Part shown: one piece after another, positions 38,603 through 48,326 of the stretch
Numbering within the stretch: position 1 is the first letter of the stretch
Layout: every line of letters begins with the position of its first letter
NCBI GenBank assembly: GCA_034669905.1
Contig: JAXMOL010000017.1
Coordinates: forward strand, 72,766 to 136,765
Origin: Candidatus Hydrogenedentota bacterium
Lineage (GTDB): Bacteria; Hydrogenedentota; Hydrogenedentia; Hydrogenedentales; JAEUWI01
Direction of reading: 5' to 3'
Length of the DNA stretch: 64,000 nt
Made by a program: the position numbers and the translations under genes
The notes under the pieces: generated by a model
What the model saw: only the letters and a program-made list of their open reading frames with translations
What the model was told of the DNA's origin: nothing
Databases searched by the model: none

Positions 38603-40954
38603 ATGCCTGCCAGTAACGAACAAAGCCCTATCCCCCAACTGCAGTCCGTTCGCGGTCTGATCGTGGCCGTCAATCGACGCGGCGAACGGGTCGGTCAGAC
38701 GACCCTGCGCCAATGGCTGCGCCTTTCCGCCGAGAAGTTTAAGGCGCAAAAGGTGGATGTCTATCTGCCCAAGGCCGAGGTAGCGACCCTGCTACCCCTT
38801 CTGGAGGAGGGGCGCCAACTGGACCTCCGCCTTTCCCTGCGCTGCACCTCTGAGACCACGCCAGCTATCCTTCACGCCCTGGCTGACGGGGGCCTGCTGG
38901 ATGTTGCCCTCGAACCCGACGTCATCAGCCGCCGCGCGCTGGCGCCCTGGTTTGAGGCGGCATCGGAAGCAGAATTGCCCCTCCGCCTTTTTCTGGATGG
39001 TGCGAAACTCCCACCCACCCCGGATGATGCCCTGGTGGATTGTCTGGCCCAGGCCGCCTCGGTCCGCATCGCCCTGCACAACGGGCTGGACAGGCGGGAG
39101 CGGCCGCGCCGACTTCCCGAAGAATGCATTGACCGAATCGTTGCCCTCGCAGGTGCACTGGCGGCCCGGGGAACGGAAACGCACTGTCTCGATATCCCCT
39201 TCTGCTGGGTACCGGAAGCGCGCTGGCCCCACCTGGTTCAGGGCCCCCAAATGCTGGCCCACCATCAGCACTATCGCCTCTCGTCCCGGGATTTCGCGCA
39301 AAAGACCTATGGACTCTCCCCCGACCGCATCCACCAGGCGGTGGAAATCAGCCTGGCCGATGGCACCTCCTTCCACAACCGTATCGACGACGCGGTGCTG
39401 CCCTGGATTCTGGAGCGGCCCTGGTACTTTTTCTGGCTTTGGTTCCTCCACAAGCTCACGCGCCGTCTCCTCCCGCGCCGTCCGGAGCCCAAGGCGCTGC
39501 CGGAAGAAATCACAGCGCTCGAAGGGGCGCTGGCCCGGTACACCGCCGAGCAGCGCACGACGCTTGGCCCGGTTTGCGCCGAATGTGCCCTCCACCCCAT
39601 CTGCGACCACCACACGGAGGGCGCCAAACAGCGCTTCCCCGGCCGCGCGGTTTCGGCCATCGCGGGGGCGGTCTGCTATGACCCCCGTCGTTACCTGGAT
39701 GAGGCGTCCACCTGGTATGACGCCGTGGATGCCGCGCGGACACGGTGCTATGAAGGGCGTATGGCCCTCTACGATGCGGCGCGGCACCGCATATCCCGTA
39801 CGCCGCCCACGCGGGAGATAGCGGCGGAAAGCTACCGGATCCAGGACCACAAGACCCACCGAATGCCGGCATCCGTACGCTGGTTTTCTTTTTCCACGGC
39901 GGAGTTACAAAGCACCGTGTTGGCCCGCCTCTCGCCCCCCTTCACGCTGAGTGTCACCGTGGGGGGCGGCATCGCCCAGTACATGGGCTTTGCCTTTGGG
40001 CGCCATTCACGGCTCGTCTGCCCTATGACGGCCTTCGACCACAAACTCACGCTCCACGTCGATGACCGGGGCTACTATGTCCTCCTGCGGGACGGCGAAC
40101 CCGTGCACCCCGTGGCTTTCGAAGAGCGGGACCTGCTCCCCGAGCGCCTGGGAACGGTGGTTGAGCCCCGGATCGCGCTGCAGAACATCGACGGCCAGAT
40201 AGTCACCCAGACGGTCCTGCTCTGGGAGGGGCCGGAGGTCTCCGAAGAGCGTCCGCCGTGCACCCATTCGGTGGTGGTGGTATGCACCCGCTATGCCCGT
40301 CGACTTCAGGCCGCCCTCCTGGCCCTCGCGCACCAGCAGGGACTCCAAGACGGGGCCCTGGAGGTCCTTGTCGGCTACGTGCCGGGCATTGACGCCACGG
40401 ACGATGTGCTGGACAGCCTGGAGCAACAATGCCCCACCCTCCGACTTGTACGCATGCCCTTTGGGGCGCAACACAGCCGTGCCAAGGGATTTATTATCAA
40501 CGAATGTCTCGACCTGGCCCGTGGCGCTTGGATTACGTTACTCGATGCGGATATTATGCTGCCGCCTGACTATTTTCAGCGCCTGGACGGGCAACCCGAA
40601 TCGGCGACCTTTGTGGTGCCGGATGGACGGCACATGTTGTCACCCGAAACGACGGCGGCCATCCTGCTGGGTCTGGAGCGGCCCTGGGAATCCTACGAGG
40701 CCCTCCTGGAATCCCCCGGTGAATACCGCCATCACGAGTCTGACGGGGTGCCTCCGGGCTTCTGCCAGAGTGCACGCCGCGCCGTGTTTGAGGCGATTCG
40801 CTACCAGGAGCTGGACCATTTTGAGGGGTCCGACTGGTGGTTCAGCGCCCAGGTGATTGAAAAATTTGGCAAGGAAACCCGCCTGAGCGGTCTCCGGGTC
40901 CTCCACCTGGACCATGGGGGCAGTCAATGGTACGGCACCGATAAGCAGTTTTAA
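38603..40954 (+). CDS. Multidomain protein: radical-SAM-like N-terminal region + central beta-rich domain + C-terminal GT2
   Basis: C-terminus SVVVVC...INECLDLARGAWITLLDAD...EGSD. N-terminus has IPFC and CAECALHPIC. Confidence 0.75.
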   Translation: MPASNEQSPIPQLQSVRGLIVAVNRRGERVGQTTLRQWLRLSAEKFKAQKVDVYLPKAEVATLLPLLEEGRQLDLRLSLRCTSETTPAILHALADGGLLDVALEPDVISRRALAPWFEAASEAELPLRLFLDGAKLPPTPDDALVDCLAQAASVRIALHNGLDRRERPRRLPEECIDRIVALAGALAARGTETHCLDIPFCWVPEARWPHLVQGPQMLAHHQHYRLSSRDFAQKTYGLSPDRIHQAVEISLADGTSFHNRIDDAVLPWILERPWYFFWLWFLHKLTRRLLPRRPEPKALPEEITALEGALARYTAEQRTTLGPVCAECALHPICDHHTEGAKQRFPGRAVSAIAGAVCYDPRRYLDEASTWYDAVDAARTRCYEGRMALYDAARHRISRTPPTREIAAESYRIQDHKTHRMPASVRWFSFSTAELQSTVLARLSPPFTLSVTVGGGIAQYMGFAFGRHSRLVCPMTAFDHKLTLHVDDRGYYVLLRDGEPVHPVAFEERDLLPERLGTVVEPRIALQNIDGQIVTQTVLLWEGPEVSEERPPCTHSVVVVCTRYARRLQAALLALAHQQGLQDGALEVLVGYVPGIDATDDVLDSLEQQCPTLRLVRMPFGAQHSRAKGFIINECLDLARGAWITLLDADIMLPPDYFQRLDGQPESATFVVPDGRHMLSPETTAAILLGLERPWESYEALLESPGEYRHHESDGVPPGFCQSARRAVFEAIRYQELDHFEGSDWWFSAQVIEKFGKETRLSGLRVLHLDHGGSQWYGTDKQF

Positions 40955-40957
40955 CGC

Positions 40958-42247
40958 ATGGTGGCTCCCGGAGCCACCCAGGGAATTCCGTTGCGCATCA
41001 GCCTGGTCGATCTACTTTTTTCCTGGCCCCCCAATGGCGGGGCCGATGTAGACCTGTATAATCTTGCCACGGGTCTGGTACGGGCGGGCCACGACGTGCA
41101 GGTGGTCGTGGTCAACGATGGGGATTCCTGGGAACGGGGTGCTATCCAAAGTGGCCATTTCACCTTTTCGCTGCTGGGCGTCTCGGGCACGGGCCATCAC
41201 TTTAACCGCAAACGTCTTCCCGGGCGAATCCGCGAGGCCGTCGACACCTGGAATCCCGAGGTGGTTTTTCTGGGAGACGGCTTCCTGATGAAGCCCTATG
41301 TGGGGCTGGCCCTCACGGACTACCCCCTCGTCGTCCGTTACTACGCCTATGAGATGGCCTGTCTGCGCGACATTCTCCATTTCAAAGATGGCGCGCCGTG
41401 TCCCAATCACTACCTGAAAACGCCCGGCGTATGCCGCGCCTGCGCCCTGGAGCATCTGGGCCCTGAAATCAAATCGGGACGTCCCCATGCCTGGACCCAG
41501 GAGTACCTGGCTGCCCAGGCCTATGGGCCCGCTTTTCGCACCGTGGCCGAATCTTTCCTGTCGCAGGTCACTGGAGCCATCGTCTACAACGAGACGATGA
41601 AATCCCACCTGGTGCACCATTGCAAGTCGGTTCACGTGGTACCCGGCGGGGTGGACAGCCAGCACTTCACCTTTGAACCGCCCGTGCCGAAAACGCCGAA
41701 GGATGCGAAGCGCATTCTCATGACGGGCCGGGCATCCGATCCCATGAAGGGGCTGGATGTTTTGCTTGAAGCGGGAGAACGGCTGTATGGGCAGCGACGG
41801 GACTTTAAGATTCACGTTACCGTGCCCGAGGAAACGGCCTTACCGCCCTTTGCCCTGGCCATCGGCTGGCAATCCCATACGAGTTTGGTGAACTACTACC
41901 ACCAATCCGACGTGTGCGTCGTCCCCAGTCGCTGGGAGGAGCCCTTCGGACTGGTGGCCCTGGAAGCGATGGCGACGGGGCGTCCGGTCTGCGCGAGCCG
42001 CGTCGGGGGCCTTCAGGATATTGTGGTGCACAAAGAGACGGGTTTTCTCTTCGACGCGGGGGACGCGGCGGAACTGGCCAAGCAACTGGAGCTCCTGCTC
42101 GACAATCCCAACCTCCGGCAACGAATGGGTATCGCCGCCCACCGGCGGGTCTATGGGGAGTATCGGTGGCCCCACATTGTGGAGCACCACTATTTGCCTG
42201 TTCTGGAAGCCGCTATTGCGGAACACCGGGAGGGCCGGCGGCCATGA
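40958..42247 (+). CDS. Glycosyltransferase family 4
   Basis: WPPNGGA, GHDVQVV, KGLDVLLEA, VVPSRWEEPFGLVALEAMATG. Confidence 0.93.
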   Translation: MVAPGATQGIPLRISLVDLLFSWPPNGGADVDLYNLATGLVRAGHDVQVVVVNDGDSWERGAIQSGHFTFSLLGVSGTGHHFNRKRLPGRIREAVDTWNPEVVFLGDGFLMKPYVGLALTDYPLVVRYYAYEMACLRDILHFKDGAPCPNHYLKTPGVCRACALEHLGPEIKSGRPHAWTQEYLAAQAYGPAFRTVAESFLSQVTGAIVYNETMKSHLVHHCKSVHVVPGGVDSQHFTFEPPVPKTPKDAKRILMTGRASDPMKGLDVLLEAGERLYGQRRDFKIHVTVPEETALPPFALAIGWQSHTSLVNYYHQSDVCVVPSRWEEPFGLVALEAMATGRPVCASRVGGLQDIVVHKETGFLFDAGDAAELAKQLELLLDNPNLRQRMGIAAHRRVYGEYRWPHIVEHHYLPVLEAAIAEHREGRRP

Positions 42248-42687
42248 CCGAGCAACGTATTTGCGCTTTCTACAGCACGGGCCCTCATTATGTGCGGATG
42301 CTTCGTGCCCTTCGTGAAAACTATCCCGATGCCGTAATTGTTACGGCCATACCGACGGCGTTTCCCTTTGAGGTCATTGCGGAGTTGGCCGATGAAACGG
42401 TGCGGCTGCCGGAGGGAGCGCAACGCCGGGGGATTCGCACGGCATTGCACGTCCTGAAACAACTGCGCCGCGCACGATGCAGCCACGTGGTTGTCATGTT
42501 TGACAGCCCGCGCCTGAACCTGCTCAGCAGTATGAGCGGCATTCCCCATCGCCGCTGCTACACCGTGGACGGCCGGTTCTACCGCCTGACACGACGCCCC
42601 CCCCAATTGCTCTGGGACGCCGCCCGGGAACGGGTCCGCGGTCAGTGGGATTACCTCCGCGCCTGGTGGGGTACGCGACGGCTCTAG
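42244..42687 (+). CDS. Hypothetical protein resembling the N-terminal Rossmann half of GT-B (GT9-like) enzymes
   Basis: ATG overlaps the GT4 stop (ATGA). MLRALRENYPDA...ADETV...LKQLRR...SGIPHR pattern. Confidence 0.55.
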   Translation: MTEQRICAFYSTGPHYVRMLRALRENYPDAVIVTAIPTAFPFEVIAELADETVRLPEGAQRRGIRTALHVLKQLRRARCSHVVVMFDSPRLNLLSSMSGIPHRRCYTVDGRFYRLTRRPPQLLWDAARERVRGQWDYLRAWWGTRRL

Positions 42688-42729
42688 GGTAGGCCGTGCG
42701 TGACATGCCCCGGTTTCAAGTGGGCGCGT

Positions 42730-42990
42730 CTATGCGGTCAATTGGTCCATGGGAATGGCTTCGTCGATCAGCATGACGGGAATGTCCTCGCGGATGATAT
42801 AGAGGTAGGCCCCGTCTTCGCGGAGGAGGCCGCTGTCGATGGCGCTGTCTACGGCATCGCCCGCCCGATTCTTCAACTCACCGGCGGCAATCGCGGCGTT
42901 GATACGGTCCACGACATCCTGTTCGACGACGGTCACGGGGGTTTTGTTCTCTGGGCAAACGAGTATTTTCAGGAGTTCGGTGTCGACCAT
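42730..42990 (-). CDS. Trm112-like family protein
   Basis: MVDTELLKILVCPENK...YIIREDIPVMLIDEA. Confidence 0.88.
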   Translation of the reverse strand: MVDTELLKILVCPENKTPVTVVEQDVVDRINAAIAAGELKNRAGDAVDSAIDSGLLREDGAYLYIIREDIPVMLIDEAIPMDQLTA

Positions 42991-43199
42991 GGTCGGGGCC
43001 TTTCTCATCATTCAGAACCTGCTTCGAATTGCCAACGTGTCCGGTGACCCGCTGGATCATGGGGCGCCCCGGAAGGGTGCTCATCCCACGGGTAGCGTGC
43101 GGGCATTGTACGTTATCGGGACGGGGACAGGCTAGTTCTTCGTCGTGTTGACAGGATGACTGCCATCTTCGTAGGCTATAGGACAGGGAGACTTTGGTC

Positions 43200-43583
43200 A
43201 TGTACACCTGTTTCAACTGTGGAGCGGCGTGGGAAAGCAGCCTCCGTCAGCCTGCGGTCAAGGAAATTTGCGAATCCTGCGGGGCCTACCTCCATTGTTG
43301 CAGGAATTGCACGTACCACCGGCCCGGCTATCCGAATGAATGTTATATCCCGGATACGGAAAAGATCGCCGATCGCCGGCGGGCCAATTTCTGTGACGAG
43401 TTTGAATTTGTTGCTGCGGAGACACCAAAAAGGCGTGCGGGTACGCAGCCCCCCTCTGATGCCGACTTAACGGCACTGCTGGGTGACGATAGCCCCCCCA
43501 CTTCACCCACATTGGAGGTGAAGGAATGGCTGGGAACGTCCGATAAAGTACCCAAGGCTTTTGAAGACTTATTCGAGGATTAG
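43200..43583 (+). CDS. Cys-rich putative zinc-binding hypothetical protein
   Basis: CFNCG...CESCG..LHCCRNC...C...ANFCDEF and C-terminal FEDLF. Confidence 0.75.
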   Translation: MYTCFNCGAAWESSLRQPAVKEICESCGAYLHCCRNCTYHRPGYPNECYIPDTEKIADRRRANFCDEFEFVAAETPKRRAGTQPPSDADLTALLGDDSPPTSPTLEVKEWLGTSDKVPKAFEDLFED

Positions 43584-43603
43584 GGAGTAAACGGGGCGTC
43601 GCC

Positions 43604-43632
43604 TTGATAAACCGCGGGTCTCGTGGTACCCT
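43604..43632 (+). promoter_or_regulatory. Putative sigma70 promoter of the NtrC-family regulator
   Basis: TTGATA-N17-TACCCT with an extended TG. Confidence 0.5.
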
Positions 43633-43670
43633 CCCTTAGGGTAATCAGCTATCCATAAAGTGAACAACGT

Positions 43671-45047
43671 GTGACTAATACGAACGAAGTACATCGCATC
43701 CTGGTGGTGGATGACAAGGCCAACATGCGTCAAATGTTGGAGTCCGCCTTTACCGATCTGGGATACGTGGTAGACACGGCAGCGAACGGCCAAGAAGCCA
43801 TTGCGCTTATCTCGACGCACCGTTTTTCTGTCGTGATTTCAGACATGAACATGCCCGAGTCGTCTGGTCTGGAAGTATTACGGGCCGCCAAATCGGTTTC
43901 CGACGAGACGGCGGTCATTATCGTGACCGCCTTTGGCACCATTGATACGGCGGTGGAGGCCATGCGCCTGGGGGCCTATGACTTTGTCACCAAGCCCTTC
44001 CGCCTGGAAGATATGGAGCGGAAGGTCGCGCGCTTTCTCCGCACCCGTCAAGGCAACAACCTGCCCGCTGCCCAGACCTGGATTCACCCCTCGGTGCAAC
44101 ACATGGTCGGTGCCAGTGCGCAGATACGTCGCCTCATGAAACTCATCGTGAAGGTGGCCCCGACCAATAGTTCGGTCTTGATCACGGGCCCCAGCGGCGT
44201 GGGTAAGGAACTGGTTGCCCGTGCGATTCACGAGGCCAGTGCCCGTCGGGACCAGGCGTTTGTCGCCCTGAATTGCGCGGCATTGGCGCCGGGTGTATTG
44301 GAAAGCGAGCTCTTCGGCCACGAAAAAGGTGCCTTCACCGGAGCAGAAGGCCAACGCCTGGGGCGCTTTGAGAAGGCGCACAAGGGCACGCTCTTTCTGG
44401 ATGAAGTGGGCGAAATCGATCCCCGCATCCAGACCAAGCTCCTCCGGGTATTGCAGGAGGGCGAGGTGGAACGTGTGGGCGGTGGCGAACCCATGAAAAT
44501 CGATGTCCGTATCGTGGCCGCAACCAATCGGGATCTACGCGAGGCGATAGAAGAAGGCACTTTCCGGGAAGATTTTTACTACCGGTTGAATGTGTTTTCT
44601 CTGGAAGTGAGCGGCCTGCGGGAGCGTCGGGACGATATCCCCGCGCTGGTGGATCATTTCCTCCGCAAATTTTCGCTCGAACTGGGCAAGGAAGTGCTTT
44701 CGGTCGATGACGATGTCATTGGTATTCTGCTCAATTATCCCTGGCCCGGCAACGTGCGCGAACTGGAAAACACGATTGAGCGGGCCGTGGTCTTGGCGGA
44801 AACCGACAGTGTGACCCGGGATGACCTCCCCCCCCACATGCTGCAGACGGCGTCCGCTGAGCCCGAGCCGGTATCGATTCCCCAGCGTCCTGAGGGATCG
44901 CTGATCGAAAAAACAGACCGGCTGGAGAGCGACCTTATCCAGGGCGCCTTGGAGCGTTTTCGGTGGAATAAGACGAAGGCGGCAGAGCACCTGGGCCTGA
45001 AGCGAACCACGTTGCAGTACAAGATTAAGAAGTACGGTCTGGAGTAA
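43671..45047 (+). CDS. Sigma54-dependent NtrC/AtoC-family response regulator
   Basis: REC, GPSGVGKE, ESELFGHEKGAFTGA, FLDEVGE, WPGNVREL, Fis-type HTH. Confidence 0.96.
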   Translation: MTNTNEVHRILVVDDKANMRQMLESAFTDLGYVVDTAANGQEAIALISTHRFSVVISDMNMPESSGLEVLRAAKSVSDETAVIIVTAFGTIDTAVEAMRLGAYDFVTKPFRLEDMERKVARFLRTRQGNNLPAAQTWIHPSVQHMVGASAQIRRLMKLIVKVAPTNSSVLITGPSGVGKELVARAIHEASARRDQAFVALNCAALAPGVLESELFGHEKGAFTGAEGQRLGRFEKAHKGTLFLDEVGEIDPRIQTKLLRVLQEGEVERVGGGEPMKIDVRIVAATNRDLREAIEEGTFREDFYYRLNVFSLEVSGLRERRDDIPALVDHFLRKFSLELGKEVLSVDDDVIGILLNYPWPGNVRELENTIERAVVLAETDSVTRDDLPPHMLQTASAEPEPVSIPQRPEGSLIEKTDRLESDLIQGALERFRWNKTKAAEHLGLKRTTLQYKIKKYGLE

Positions 45048-45080
45048 TCTGGCCCCATAATCCTTCGACCTAATGTGCAT

Positions 45081-45118
45081 GGCGTCATCCCGATAGGGGA
45101 TGGCGCCTGTTTGTTTTC
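45081..45118 (+). terminator. Intrinsic terminator
   Basis: GGCGTCATCCC/GGGATGGCGCC stem followed by TGTTTGTTTT. Confidence 0.7.
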
Positions 45119-45222
45119 ATAGCCATTCTTCTTCCCGGGACGGGTGCATCCCGATCAGAAATGCGATACACTAGCCCTTTGAGTTTTGTTGGGGAATCCA
45201 CCTATCCGGAGAGGGATTATAG

Positions 45223-48200
45223 ATGTCAGGAACCATGAGAACGCGGGTGCGGTATGGTCTGATTGCCAGTGTCGTGGCGACGGGGCTACTGAGCGGGCCA
45301 ACCTGGGCGCAGCTGGAAAGTCAGGACACCCTGGCTGGAATGAAGACCGCACCCGGCCTGGAAGTGAGCCTTTTTGCAGCGGAAGATATGCTGGTGAATC
45401 CGACGGCCATGGATATTGATGCGAAGGGGCGCGTCTGGGTGACGGAGGCCTCCAACTACCGCCTCTTCAAGCATAAGGTCGTGATGGAAGAAGGCGACCG
45501 CGTCCGCGTGCTGGAAGACACGGATGGGGACGGTAGGGCGGACACGGCCACGACCTTTTACCAACACCCCACACTGCAGGCACCGCTGGGCATTGCGGTG
45601 TTAAATGACCGGGTCTACTTGGCCCAGAGTCCGGAACTCTTCTACCTGGAAGACACGGACGACGACGGCAAGGCCGACAAGAAAACGGTTATTCTCACGG
45701 GCTTCGGCGGCGTGGACCACGATCATGCGATTCACGGCATCATGGCCGGCCCCGATGGCCTTATCTACATGACCGTGGGTGATGGTGGCCTGGATGTGAC
45801 AGACAATTCGGGGAATCGCATCGTGGCCGGGAAGGCGGCTGAAAACCCGACCTATGATGCGGCGACCGTCCTGCGTACAGACCCCGATGGCATGCATCTG
45901 GAACTGCTTGCGGAAGGTATGCGGAATCCCTACGAACCGACCCTCAATTCCTTTGGCACCGTCTTTGGATCGGACAACGACGACGACGGGAACGAGCAGG
46001 TCCAGATTAACTACGTCATGGAAGGGGGCCACTACGGTTATTGGCCCCGCCGTCAGGGCGACCGCCGTCTGGACGAAGTCCACTGGAACAAGGACCGTCC
46101 CGGCGTGGTACCCAATATGATTCGTACGGGATTCGGGTCGCCGACGGGGATTCTGTTTTACGAGGGCACGCTCCTTCCCACCCGGCTCCACAACACGCTC
46201 ATTCACGCGGATGCCGGCCCCGGGGTAATTCGCTCCTACAAGCCAGTCGCCCACGGTGCGGGGTATCGGGGTGAAACGGAAGTACTCCTCTCCGCACCCC
46301 ACGACAAATGGTTTCGTCCCAGTGATGTGTGTGTCGCACCCGACGGTTCCTTGCTGGTGGCCGACTGGTATGACCCCGGTGTGGGTGGACACAACATGGG
46401 CGATACCACGCGGGGGCGCATTTATCGGCTGGCGCCTCCCGAGAGTCCCTACACCGCGCCCTTGCTCAACCTGAAGACCGATGAGGGGCTGACACAGGCC
46501 CTGGCCTCCCCCAATCTGGCCCAGCGCTATCTGGCCCACGACGTCTTGAGCGGCGAGTTAAAGGGCGCGGAGGTACCGCTGCTCCACGCCATATATCAGC
46601 GCAACGACCCCATTCTACGGGCACGGGTACTCTGGCTGCTGGGCAAGGAGCGGAATCACGGGTTGGAAACCCTTTTGGAAGTCGCCCGAGACGATGCCCC
46701 TGCCTTCCGGGTACTGGCCGTACGCCTTCTGGCGGACCGGGGCCCCGACGCTCTGTTTCAGGCCGATTGGTTGCTGGAGGACCCGAACCCCATGGTCCGT
46801 CGACAACTGCTACTCGAACTGCGGCGTTTTCCCGATTCGCTCACGCTGGACACCTGGTTGATTGCGCTGGCACTCCACTATGACGGGCAAGACCGCTTCT
46901 ACCGTGAAGCCATTGGCATTGCCTTTAGGAATCGGGAATCCTGGGGTTTTGAACGGCTGGCAGCGGAACTGGGCAATCGTTGGGACGAGCGCCTTTCGGG
47001 GCTGGCCCTCCAGCTCCACCCCACGGAAGCCCTGGCCCTGGCCGAATCGGCCCTTCAGAATGATATGCTTGGGAGCACCCCCCGGCGGGCGGCCATTGAC
47101 GTGCTGGACGCTATTGGCACCGAAGAATCGGGGCAACGGCTGGTAGCCCTGGTCGAGAACCCGGAGACCCCGCCCGAACTCTTTAAGCATGCGCTCCACC
47201 ATCTGGCCCGTAACGCGGGGCAAGACTGGCACACCGTGACCCGTGGAGAATCCATGGATGCCATGCTGGCCACCACCCTGGACAATCCGGAGCGGGGACC
47301 GGCGGTGTGGGCCTTTATCATGGAAACCAAGCGCCAACAGTTTGTGCCACGCCTCATAGCCCGCGCGAAAGGGGAGGAACTCCCGATGCAGTCCCGTCTT
47401 GGGGCCATGAAAGGTATCAATACCATCGCGCCGCAAATCGCACCAACGGAGGCGGATGCCCTCGTGTCGGAATTGGCAACGCTCCTGGCGGACGAGCACG
47501 ACGTACTCCGCGCGGCTGCGCTGGAGGCGATACAGCAATTCCGGGGCAGCGCGAGCCGCACGATCCTGCTCAATCTCACCCTGGACACTAACCAGGAGCT
47601 GGAACTGCGTGCGGAACTGGCCAAACGTCTGGCGGCGACGCAGTCGGGGGCCATTGCCCTCCTGGACGCCGTGGAGCAGGAGAAGCTTCCATCAGACCTG
47701 CTGCCCATTGTATCGGAACACGTGCACAACGGCCCCTTTGAGGACGCGCGCATGATGGCCCAGCAACTCATTCCACGGGATGCCGCGGCCGATGGCACCG
47801 CCCTCCCCCCCATGGAAGAACTCGTTGCCATGGTGGGTGATGTGAGCAAAGGCAAGCAGGTCTTCTTCAGCGAAGACCACGCCCAGTGTTTCCGCTGCCA
47901 TCGCGTTGGCGACGAGGGCAAAGAAGTAGGGCCCAATCTGACGGTTATCGGGGAGAAATTCGGCCGGGAAGGCATCCTGGAATCCATCTTGTACCCGAGC
48001 GCCGCCATCTCCCACGAATATGAGGTCTGGATCGTGGAAACCGAGTGGGACGGCTACCTCAGCGGCTTCATCGTGCAAGAAGATGACAAGGAGCTCCAGC
48101 TCATGGACGCCACCGGCACGGTCAAGAAACTGAAGCAGAGCGATGTTATCGACAAGCGCAAAAGCGCGACTTCGCTCATGCCCACGGGCCTTGCCGCCGC

Positions 48201-48255
48201 CATGACGGCACAAGACCTGAGCGACCTGGTGGCCTATCTCACCAGCCTGAAGTAA
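45223..48255 (+). CDS. PVC-type heme-binding CxxCH protein (dehydrogenase-like beta-propeller + HEAT repeats + cytochrome c)
   Basis: Signal peptide, LEDTDGDGRAD repeats, GMRNP, FRPSDV, ADWYD, RGRIYR, CFRCH, GPNLT, SLMPTGL. Confidence 0.92.
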   Translation: MSGTMRTRVRYGLIASVVATGLLSGPTWAQLESQDTLAGMKTAPGLEVSLFAAEDMLVNPTAMDIDAKGRVWVTEASNYRLFKHKVVMEEGDRVRVLEDTDGDGRADTATTFYQHPTLQAPLGIAVLNDRVYLAQSPELFYLEDTDDDGKADKKTVILTGFGGVDHDHAIHGIMAGPDGLIYMTVGDGGLDVTDNSGNRIVAGKAAENPTYDAATVLRTDPDGMHLELLAEGMRNPYEPTLNSFGTVFGSDNDDDGNEQVQINYVMEGGHYGYWPRRQGDRRLDEVHWNKDRPGVVPNMIRTGFGSPTGILFYEGTLLPTRLHNTLIHADAGPGVIRSYKPVAHGAGYRGETEVLLSAPHDKWFRPSDVCVAPDGSLLVADWYDPGVGGHNMGDTTRGRIYRLAPPESPYTAPLLNLKTDEGLTQALASPNLAQRYLAHDVLSGELKGAEVPLLHAIYQRNDPILRARVLWLLGKERNHGLETLLEVARDDAPAFRVLAVRLLADRGPDALFQADWLLEDPNPMVRRQLLLELRRFPDSLTLDTWLIALALHYDGQDRFYREAIGIAFRNRESWGFERLAAELGNRWDERLSGLALQLHPTEALALAESALQNDMLGSTPRRAAIDVLDAIGTEESGQRLVALVENPETPPELFKHALHHLARNAGQDWHTVTRGESMDAMLATTLDNPERGPAVWAFIMETKRQQFVPRLIARAKGEELPMQSRLGAMKGINTIAPQIAPTEADALVSELATLLADEHDVLRAAALEAIQQFRGSASRTILLNLTLDTNQELELRAELAKRLAATQSGAIALLDAVEQEKLPSDLLPIVSEHVHNGPFEDARMMAQQLIPRDAAADGTALPPMEELVAMVGDVSKGKQVFFSEDHAQCFRCHRVGDEGKEVGPNLTVIGEKFGREGILESILYPSAAISHEYEVWIVETEWDGYLSGFIVQEDDKELQLMDATGTVKKLKQSDVIDKRKSATSLMPTGLAAAMTAQDLSDLVAYLTSLK

Positions 48256-48262
48256 TCGACGT

Positions 48263-48315
48263 AAAAACGACGCGGGCGCGCAGGGAAGGTTTTCCTGCGC
48301 GCCCGTTTTAGTTTT
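48263..48315. terminator. Bidirectional terminator between convergent genes
   Basis: CGGGCGCGCAGG/CCTGCGCGCCCG stem flanked by AAAAA and TTTT tracts. Confidence 0.75.
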
Positions 48316-48326
48316 GGGTAGTTCGT

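Noticed and set aside
45048..45222. Sigma54 promoter downstream of the NtrC-family regulator
   Set aside because: No TGGCAC-N5-TTGC match found by eye.
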